Shown here piece after piece: positions 55,272-61,634 of a stretch of 61,634 bases of DNA (position 1 is the first letter of the stretch; every line of letters starts with the position of its first letter). A program made the translations under genes and the position numbers. The notes beneath the pieces were generated by a model. It was not told the DNA's origin. It searched no databases and saw only the letters and a program-made list of their open reading frames with translations. This DNA comes from an uncultured Alphaproteobacteria bacterium (GTDB lineage: Bacteria; Pseudomonadota; Alphaproteobacteria; RF32; CAG-239): contig CAJTWX010000001.1 in assembly GCA_910580155.1 (NCBI GenBank), forward strand, positions 1 to 61,634, read 5' to 3'.

Positions 55272-55729
55272 TATTTATAATCCAATTCCTTAAGTTTACG
55301 GATGGTTTCTTCCGCCGAGGTGTGCAAAATGCCGATACCGCCCATTTCTTCCCAACGTTGAATGTTCGGTTCGCGGTCATCAATCAAAATATCTTTCGGT
55401 TTGCCGAAGTTTTGCTTGTCTTTGGAAAGGCAGCAGATAACGCCGTCTTCCTTACCATAGTGTTTTTTCATCCACAGCCGCTTTTCTTTTTCCGCCTTGT
55501 CATAGCCGTATGCCGGCAGTCCGGTCAAAATCTGAAAGCCGTGCTTGTTTAAGTGCTGCACCAGTTTGTCCGCATCATTAAGTTTCGGCAGGTTCAGCCA
55601 ATAGTTTTCTGTGTCCAGCACAATCTGCCACAGTTCTTCACGTGGCATCAGATAAGGCAAAACCCCGTGGTTGCGTTCAAATTCTTTATCAAAATCGACG
55701 AGCACGCCGTCCATATCGCAAAATATCAT
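55271..55729 (-). CDS. HAD-superfamily 5'(3')-deoxyribonucleotidase (NT5C-like)
   Basis: Start refined to 55729 (GGAGG RBS). HAD motif I FCDMDGVLVDF, and ILIDDR near the C-terminus. Size and pattern match NT5C-family nucleotidases. Confidence 0.7.
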   Translation of the reverse strand: MIFCDMDGVLVDFDKEFERNHGVLPYLMPREELWQIVLDTENYWLNLPKLNDADKLVQHLNKHGFQILTGLPAYGYDKAEKEKRLWMKKHYGKEDGVICCLSKDKQNFGKPKDILIDDREPNIQRWEEMGGIGILHTSAEETIRKLKELDYK

Positions 55730-55828
55730 AAAACCTCCATAATTTGAATACAACGCCATCATAGAAGAAGAAAAAACGCTTTTAAATGAAAATATTATTA
55801 CATAATGTTACAGCGTCTCTTTTCTCCG

Positions 55829-55847
55829 GTCATTGCAAGGAGAATCT
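55829..55847. repeat. Truncated REP-like element
   Basis: gtcattgcaaggagaatct, in which the two conserved ends are joined without the internal segment. Confidence 0.6.
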
Positions 55848-56659
55848 CACATTCTTTCCCTTTGCCCCAACCAGCCCAATACTACCGGATGCGCCTTATC
55901 GCCGAAAAACAATGCATTGTGGCTCAACTTGGGAATAACAGTAAAAGTTTTATCAGAAGATGGGGAAAGCTCATATAAATCTTTCCCGTGCTTGGGGGTA
56001 ATCAGCGTATCTTCCGCGCCGTGAATAATCAGAAGTGGCCCTTTATATGTTTTAACAAACCGGTAAGACGGCAGTTCGTATTTAAGCGCCGCAGTCGCCA
56101 GCGGAATGTTTTGTTCGCCGGCAACTTTTTTCAAAGAATAAAACGGTGCCGCCAACACCAAACCGCGGGCAGGGCGCTCTGCTGCCGCCGCCGAAGCAGC
56201 AGCTGTACCCATTGAATAACCATAAACAATAATATCATCGTGTCCGAGCGTTTTATGTAAAAAATCAAATGCCGCCTTGGCATCGCCGTAAAGTGATTCT
56301 TGTGTAAATTTGCCAGCCGTATTGCCAAACCCGCGGTATTCGCTCATATACACACTGTAGCCGCTGTTAAGATAAGGCTTCAAAGAAGGCGCAAACAAAG
56401 CAATCTGTCCCGAATTGCCGTGAAAAAAGAGCAAAGCCGGCTTGTCCGCATCGCCTTTGGCATACCATCCCATAATCGTGAGACCGTCCGCAGCCTTAAA
56501 CGGCTTTTCAACAAACTGCGGCAACCCTTTGTCGGCAGGGGAAATATACCCTTTGTCCGGAAACAGGTATAAATGCTGCTGTCCGCAATATAACACAATC
56601 GGATAAATCAGTGCCAAACCGGCCAAAGTCCCTAAAAATTCCCGCCAATATTTCATCAT
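55847..56659 (-). CDS. Alpha/beta hydrolase
   Basis: N-terminal TM/signal segment, nucleophile elbow GYSMGTA, HGAEDTLI and a C-terminal His. Confidence 0.75.
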   Translation of the reverse strand: MMKYWREFLGTLAGLALIYPIVLYCGQQHLYLFPDKGYISPADKGLPQFVEKPFKAADGLTIMGWYAKGDADKPALLFFHGNSGQIALFAPSLKPYLNSGYSVYMSEYRGFGNTAGKFTQESLYGDAKAAFDFLHKTLGHDDIIVYGYSMGTAAASAAAAERPARGLVLAAPFYSLKKVAGEQNIPLATAALKYELPSYRFVKTYKGPLLIIHGAEDTLITPKHGKDLYELSPSSDKTFTVIPKLSHNALFFGDKAHPVVLGWLGQRERM

Positions 56660-56758
56660 TGCTCCTTTAAAAACTATCAGTTAATATAACCTTCACCACA
56701 ATAATGTCAAACAAAAATCCCCGCCGCAACTGCAGCAGGGATTTTTTTAGAGGAAAAG

Positions 56759-57310
56759 CTACTTGCGGGCAAATTTGCCGGTACGTTGCTTCTTTTGGCG
56801 TTTGGAACGCATCTCTCCTTCAAACGCCGGCAGCCACGGCACAAGCTCATTGTCAAACTTCATATTGACGCGCCAGCCGTGCTTGTCTTGCGGGTTGGGT
56901 TCACCGTTATGGCGTTCTTCGCGTTTGGCCATAAATTCGGCGATAGAAACGTAATCACTCATATCCGAGCACATACCGACGAGCGTTTTGCGGATATAAG
57001 TCATTCTTGGCATCAGTGACTGTGTCAGGAGGGCATTGACCGGCCCGTGAAATGTCACATTCGCACCATCGCCTTTTTTGTCTTCCACCAGATACACATA
57101 GCCGCGCACGGTAGTAAAATGTATCACATTGGGAAAAACCTTAACGGCAACAAAGTTTTCGGGATGTCCCGTTTCTCTGAGAAATGCCGGCTTTCCATTG
57201 GCATCATATTCCACGTCCCAGCGCTTGCCGTCACCTTTGCTGATTTTATACAGCAACACCTTCGTCGTTTGTGAAATCTCAAACTTGAAAAAACTTTCAT
57301 TTTTTTTCAT
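56759..57310 (-). CDS. Hypothetical protein (183 aa) with a basic C-terminal tail
   Basis: Clean ORF. No family recognised. Confidence 0.6.
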   Translation of the reverse strand: MKKNESFFKFEISQTTKVLLYKISKGDGKRWDVEYDANGKPAFLRETGHPENFVAVKVFPNVIHFTTVRGYVYLVEDKKGDGANVTFHGPVNALLTQSLMPRMTYIRKTLVGMCSDMSDYVSIAEFMAKREERHNGEPNPQDKHGWRVNMKFDNELVPWLPAFEGEMRSKRQKKQRTGKFARK

Positions 57311-57700
57311 AACATAACAATTTTAATGATAATACAGGATTTTCTGCCAGTATAAAGAAAATAATTTAAGAATCAAGTACTATTTTTTTAATTTTGTCTA
57401 TTGATATCTGCTGAAAATGAGATTATAAACAGAACAAAACCGATTATTATGCTTTTAAAGCTACAATTATAAATGAATATTTTTCCGCCGCAGCTTTTGC
57501 ATTTCGCGCCGGAATCATAAATACCGCCTTACAGGCCGTACGAAAATGTAAAAAAAACATAAAGAAATAGCACTTAAAAACTAATTTTTTCATTTTGGCC
57601 CTCTTCCGCTGTGAAGCGTAAGGGGACTTTCTGTTAACACAATCAGTTTTCCTGCTGGTTCAGCTCCTGACCACCATACCGTTTAAGTTATGGTTGGCGT

Positions 57701-58097
57701 GTGTCGGGAGAGAAAGATTTGACGAGTTGGAAGACCCCCGAAATCACAATCAACCGAGCTTTGGAAACATATCTTAAAAAAGGATATTCCGAAGCGTGGA
57801 CGGGAATGACCACCAAAGAATATAAACAGCTTAAAGGGTTAAAAAAGGAAAATTTGCGCGACAATATGACCAATATGGATCTGGTGCTGAATATGCTTGC
57901 AGAAGTCTCGGCAACCGAAATTTCACAAGCACAAAATCCAAAAGGATTATCTCAACACAAAAAAAGTTGCTCGTGTAGGCGGGAAAGTCGCCAATAAAGC
58001 CCGTAAGGAACTGGAAAGCCAAACAAGCAAAAAGGTCGTAACCGATAAAAATGCCAAAAAGTTGCATAAACAGATTGAAGAAAAGAAGGAAGAGTAA
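57701..58097 (+). pseudogene. C-terminal remnant of a phage antirepressor/DinD/RhuM-like gene, frameshifted
   Basis: Two overlapping frames (57701..57997 and 57897..58097) together read ...KEYKQLKGLKKENLRDNMTNMDLVLNMLAEVSATEIS...VARVGGKVANKARKELESQTSKKVVTDKNAKKL. That pattern is characteristic of C-termini of this family. The frame switches at the A7 run near 57959-57965, and no N-terminal domain is present. Confidence 0.45.
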
Positions 58098-58322
58098 ATG
58101 GATTTAGCTGACGGTATTATAAAAATTTTTGAATTAGGACTTACTTTCTGGGGATGTTTAATAGCATATAAAGGGTTAAAAACTTGGCGTGAACAGGTTA
58201 TAGAAGCTCCTAAAATTGAATTAGCTCGCGAAATTATAGAACAATTTTATAAAATGCGGGATTTGGTTAAAAGAGTGAGATTTCCTGAAGTAGTTTGCTA
58301 TCCCGAATCTATCAAGAAATAA
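58098..58322 (+). CDS. Small ORF (74 aa), possibly a gene fragment
   Basis: The ATG directly follows the TAA of the remnant. It lies in AT-rich sequence and overlaps the tail of the minus-strand fragment, so it is doubtful. Confidence 0.2.
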   Translation: MDLADGIIKIFELGLTFWGCLIAYKGLKTWREQVIEAPKIELAREIIEQFYKMRDLVKRVRFPEVVCYPESIKK

Positions 58323-58632
58323 TATAAGATTTACATCTGTAATTTTTAACTCTTTTGCCAAATCTGTTTCAGCTGTTTCGTCAATAATAATTTTTTTGGG
58401 GAAATCAGAAAATACGCAAGATATTTTGCATTGCTTGCAAAGATGTTCTATTTTACAAAAATCATTCACTGTTAATTCATATTCTTTTTCATTAAAAATG
58501 TATTCAAAACATCTAAAATGGAGGATTTTCCAGCATCATTCTTACCTATGAAAGCTGTTAAATCGTTAAATTCAATTATTGTAGCAAATTGATAGCCTTA
58601 TAATTTTCTAAAATTATTTTTTGTAGTCTCAT
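58221..58632 (-). pseudogene. N-terminal fragment of an OLD-family/AAA_15-type ATPase gene, disrupted by frameshifts and truncated
   Basis: On the minus strand from the ATG at 58632 (AAGGA RBS) the sequence reads MRLQKIILENYKAI. After a frame change it reads IEFNDLTAFIGKNDAGKSSILDVL (Walker A at nt 58523-58546). After another change it reads ISCVFSDFPKKIIIDETAETDLAKE. The 3' boundary is uncertain. Confidence 0.5.
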
Positions 58633-58667
58633 CGTTAGTCCTTATAATCGTTAAATAATCTTCATCT

Positions 58668-60068
58668 CTATCTCTCCCGTAAACTCTCGTCCATATATTT
58701 CATCACTGGCGAGAGGAGGTATTCAATCACACGGCGTTTGCCGGTTTTGATTTCGGCGGTGATGCTCATTCCCGGTTTGAGTTGAACAAGCCGCCCGTCG
58801 GCTTTAATTTTATTGTTATGAAGCGTCAGTCTTGCGTCATATATCAGCCCCAGTTTTTCATCTTGGATGGCATCGCCGGATATATGGCGGACTTCGCCTT
58901 TAATTGTTCCATATTTAGTAAAAGGAAAACTGTCTATTTTAATTTCAACCTCTTGCTCTGCGCGCACAAAACCAATGTCTTTGTTCAAAATCTTGACATC
59001 AGCCTCAAGCATATAGTCTTCAGGAACGATATTCATAATCGGCTTTGCCCCCTCAACCACACCGCCTTTGGTGTGATATACCAATTGCTGCACATATCCC
59101 GAAAGAGGCGCTTTGACTATCGTCCGTTTCAGAGCTTCCTCGTATTTTATGAGCTCCTGCTGGTAAGAAGCAAGCTGCTCTCTGTTTTGAGTTAATTCAG
59201 TCATAACATTTTTATCATACTCAGCCAGATATTGCCGAAGTTCTTTCTTCAAGAACTCAATATTTTCCTCGGTCTGCGCCATTTTCTTTGTCTGCACGTT
59301 ACGCTGTTCCTGTAAGTTGATAAGCTCTTCTTCCTGTTCCAAAAAGGTCAGCCGCGCCAAAAGGTTTTTCTCCACCAACACACGCTTTTTCTCAATACGC
59401 TCCTCAACACTCGGGAGCAAACGCTCAATTCGTGTAAGATCCGCACCAATCGTTTCTTTTTCTTTAAGTGCCATCGCAATCTGCCCGTTCAGAACTTCAA
59501 TTTTGGCGGCTTTTTCGGTCATCTGACTTTTAAGCAAACCGCTGTGCATTTTAACCAAATATTCATCTATATTTTCATCATACGCAAAATTTTCTTCGGG
59601 ATTATCCGTCAGCAGTGCCTGCAAGCGCGCAACGGCAATTTCAAGCGCTTTCATCTCGTTTTTGATACGGTTGATGTTTGCCGTCACTTCCGTTTGGTTA
59701 AATTTAATCAGCTCTTGCCCTTCTTTAACATATTGCCCCTCAACAACATAAATTTCTTCAATCTCGCTGTCAGTTAGTGTCTGGATGGTTTTAATGTTTG
59801 CCGCGGGCATCAGTTTGCCAACAGCTGTGGCGATAATATCAATTTTGCCGAAAACAGCCCATAAAAGCGCGATGACAAACACCGACATAATAACGTATGA
59901 GAGCAGTCTCGCCGCGTGCGAGGGCGGCGTTTCGGTAACTTCCAGTACCGCCGGTAAAAACTCTTTTTCGTGTTCGTTCATCCCTTTAAGAGGGCTGTCT
60001 GCTTGTGCTTTTTCCTGCAGGAGTGCCAGTTTGGCAATCTCAATATATTTCTTTAATAACTCTTGCAT
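58668..60068 (-). CDS. HlyD-family type I secretion membrane fusion protein
   Basis: Start refined to 60068 (GGAG RBS inside the end of the ABC gene). One N-terminal TM helix, long coiled-coil regions, and a C-terminal beta-barrel pattern ending RVIEYLLSP. Confidence 0.8.
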   Translation of the reverse strand: MQELLKKYIEIAKLALLQEKAQADSPLKGMNEHEKEFLPAVLEVTETPPSHAARLLSYVIMSVFVIALLWAVFGKIDIIATAVGKLMPAANIKTIQTLTDSEIEEIYVVEGQYVKEGQELIKFNQTEVTANINRIKNEMKALEIAVARLQALLTDNPEENFAYDENIDEYLVKMHSGLLKSQMTEKAAKIEVLNGQIAMALKEKETIGADLTRIERLLPSVEERIEKKRVLVEKNLLARLTFLEQEEELINLQEQRNVQTKKMAQTEENIEFLKKELRQYLAEYDKNVMTELTQNREQLASYQQELIKYEEALKRTIVKAPLSGYVQQLVYHTKGGVVEGAKPIMNIVPEDYMLEADVKILNKDIGFVRAEQEVEIKIDSFPFTKYGTIKGEVRHISGDAIQDEKLGLIYDARLTLHNNKIKADGRLVQLKPGMSITAEIKTGKRRVIEYLLSPVMKYMDESLRER

Positions 60069-60072
60069 ATAT

Positions 60073-61634
60073 TTACTCCGCCGCCAGTTCATCAGGAACA
60101 ATCGGCGCAGTCTGACTGTTCCACAGATATGCATAACGCCCGCCGCGTTTCAAAAGCTCCTCGTGCGTTCCTGTTTCGGTAATTTCGCCTTTTTCTATGG
60201 TGATAATCTGGTCGCATTCCCGCACGGTTGACAGCCGATGCGCAATCATAAACACCGTCCGCCCCTTACAGATTGATGCCATATTTTGCTGAATAATCCG
60301 TTCGGATTCATAGTCAAGCGCCGAAGTAGCCTCATCAAAAATTAAAATCCGCGGATTGTTGACGAGTGCCCGCGCAATAGCGATACGCTGACGTTGACCG
60401 CCTGAAAGAGATGCCCCGCGCTCTTCAATAACGGTATCATAGCCATCTGGCAGATCGGTAATAAACTCGTGTGCGCCCGCAAGTTTTGCCGCCGCGATAA
60501 CTTTTTCGAGTGATATAGCAGGATTGGTCAGTGCAATGTTTTCCCGAACAGACTTGTTAAACAGATAGTTTTCTTGCAAAACAACGCCGATTTGTCGCCT
60601 AAGCCAAGCAATATCAACCGTTGAGATATCAATGCCATCAATCAAAACTTTCCCACTCTCTGGGATATATAAACGCTGAATAAGCTTCGTCACCGTAGAT
60701 TTGCCCGAACCGCTTGGCCCGACAAAACCGATTTTCTGCCCCGCTTTAATGTCAAAGCTCATTTTTTTCAAAATCTCGGGTCCGTCTGTCGCATAGCGAA
60801 ACGAGATGTTTTGAAATGTTACATCACCGCGAATGGCAGGCAATGCGCCTTTAGATAGTTGGGTGGTGTTTTCAGGCGGATTGTTCAAAATATCCGCAAG
60901 CTTGTCCATAGAAATTTTGGTCTGCTGAAAGTTCTGCCACAACTGTGCTAGGCGTAACACAGGCTGAGAAACGCGGCTTGCAAGCATATTAAACGCAATC
61001 AATTGCCCAACCGAAAGCTCGCCTTTCATCACCAACGTTGCGCCAATCCATAGCGTCAGCACCATCGTCACTTTTTGCACGAACTGTACTAACTGGCTCG
61101 CGATGTTATTGATATGCGAGGCACGAAACGTTGACCCGACGTAGGCTGCAAGCTGTTGTTCCCACCGACGCTGCATCTGTGGCTCTACTGCCAGAGATTT
61201 AACTGTTTCAACGCCCGAAACAGCTTCCACCAAAAAGCATTGGTTTTCCGCGCCTTTTTTAAACCGCTCGTCTATCCTTGCCCGCAAAATCGGTGTAAAA
61301 AACAGCGACAGCAACACATAAATCGGCAAAGATGCCAGCACAATCAGCGTTAAGGCCTTGGAATATAAAAACATCACGATAAAAAAGATGACAGTAAAGA
61401 AAAAATCAATTATCAACGTCAGCGTTGAGCCAGTCAAAAAGTTTCGGATATTTTCCAGCTCGTGCACCCTTGCGACAGTATCCCCCACGCGGCGTACGCT
61501 GAAATAAGACAGTGGCAGGCGGATGAGATGCTTAAACAAACTTGCGCCCAACTCCACATCAACCCTTGTGGTCGTGTGGGAAAACGTATAGGTGCGGATA
61601 CCGCCCAAAACCGTTTCAAACAGGGATATGGAAA
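60073..61634 (-). CDS. Type I secretion ABC transporter ATPase/permease (HlyB/PrtD-like); N-terminus outside the window
   Basis: Walker A GPSGSGKST, ABC signature LSGGQRQR, Walker B LIFDEATSALD, with a transmembrane domain upstream. The frame stays open to the window edge. Confidence 0.85.
   Translation of the reverse strand, partial: SISLFETVLGGIRTYTFSHTTTRVDVELGASLFKHLIRLPLSYFSVRRVGDTVARVHELENIRNFLTGSTLTLIIDFFFTVIFFIVMFLYSKALTLIVLASLPIYVLLSLFFTPILRARIDERFKKGAENQCFLVEAVSGVETVKSLAVEPQMQRRWEQQLAAYVGSTFRASHINNIASQLVQFVQKVTMVLTLWIGATLVMKGELSVGQLIAFNMLASRVSQPVLRLAQLWQNFQQTKISMDKLADILNNPPENTTQLSKGALPAIRGDVTFQNISFRYATDGPEILKKMSFDIKAGQKIGFVGPSGSGKSTVTKLIQRLYIPESGKVLIDGIDISTVDIAWLRRQIGVVLQENYLFNKSVRENIALTNPAISLEKVIAAAKLAGAHEFITDLPDGYDTVIEERGASLSGGQRQRIAIARALVNNPRILIFDEATSALDYESERIIQQNMASICKGRTVFMIAHRLSTVRECDQIITIEKGEITETGTHEELLKRGGRYAYLWNSQTAPIVPDELAAE

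Noticed and set aside
1-61634. Prophage, integrative element, IS element, tRNA, rRNA or CRISPR-cas content
   Set aside because: I recognised no integrase, transposase, capsid, terminase or cas-like ORFs, and no tRNA-like cloverleaf or rRNA-like stretch in the intergenic regions. The only mobile-element traces are the gene fragments at 57.7-58.6 kb and the REP-like repeats. A tRNA or ncRNA scan with covariance models would be needed to be certain.

Overview
This window looks like a chromosomal segment of a moderately AT-rich, Gram-negative anaerobe. It is probably an uncultured (gut-type) alphaproteobacterium. That placement is an inference from an alphaproteobacterial-type LexA and two GAAC-N7-GAAC SOS boxes. 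The anaerobic lifestyle is inferred from HydG, a reverse rubrerythrin, a flavin-reductase-rubredoxin fusion and acetate kinase.

I can support about 50 protein-coding genes. I recognised no rRNA, tRNA, CRISPR array, transposase or integrase.

Recognisable housekeeping genes:
- Metabolism and information processing: M16 peptidase, elbB, hydG, rubrerythrin, lexA, mtnN, an RsmB-like methyltransferase, ackA, umuC-like polymerase, dUTPase (interrupted), trkH, psd.
- Envelope: a glycosyltransferase cluster, and pbpC paired with an alpha-2-macroglobulin.
- Secretion: HlyD plus an ABC exporter of a type I secretion system, cut by the 3' window edge.

Accessory or unusual content:
1. The best candidate for an undescribed system is a three-gene operon at 26.6-32.6 kb. 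It encodes a 974-aa HExxH + Gln-rich linker + vWA protein, an 878-aa AAA+ (AAA_5/MoxR-type) ATPase with a long unknown C-terminal half, and a 104-aa protein. An 82-bp tandem repeat follows it.
2. A HAD 5'-nucleotidase and a zeta-toxin-like P-loop kinase are translationally coupled at 54.2-55.7 kb.
3. A dUTPase gene carries an in-frame TGA.
4. A decayed AT-rich islet at 57.3-58.7 kb holds fragments of an antirepressor/DinD-like gene and an OLD/AAA_15-type ATPase gene.
5. A 944-aa protein combines a PcfJ-like domain with LRR-like repeats.
6. A ParB/Srx-like gene sits inside a psd-glycosyltransferase operon.
7. A dispersed REP-like element (GTCATTGCGAGG...GGCAATCT) occurs in at least five intergenic regions.

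All functional calls come from motif recognition by eye. No database search was possible.
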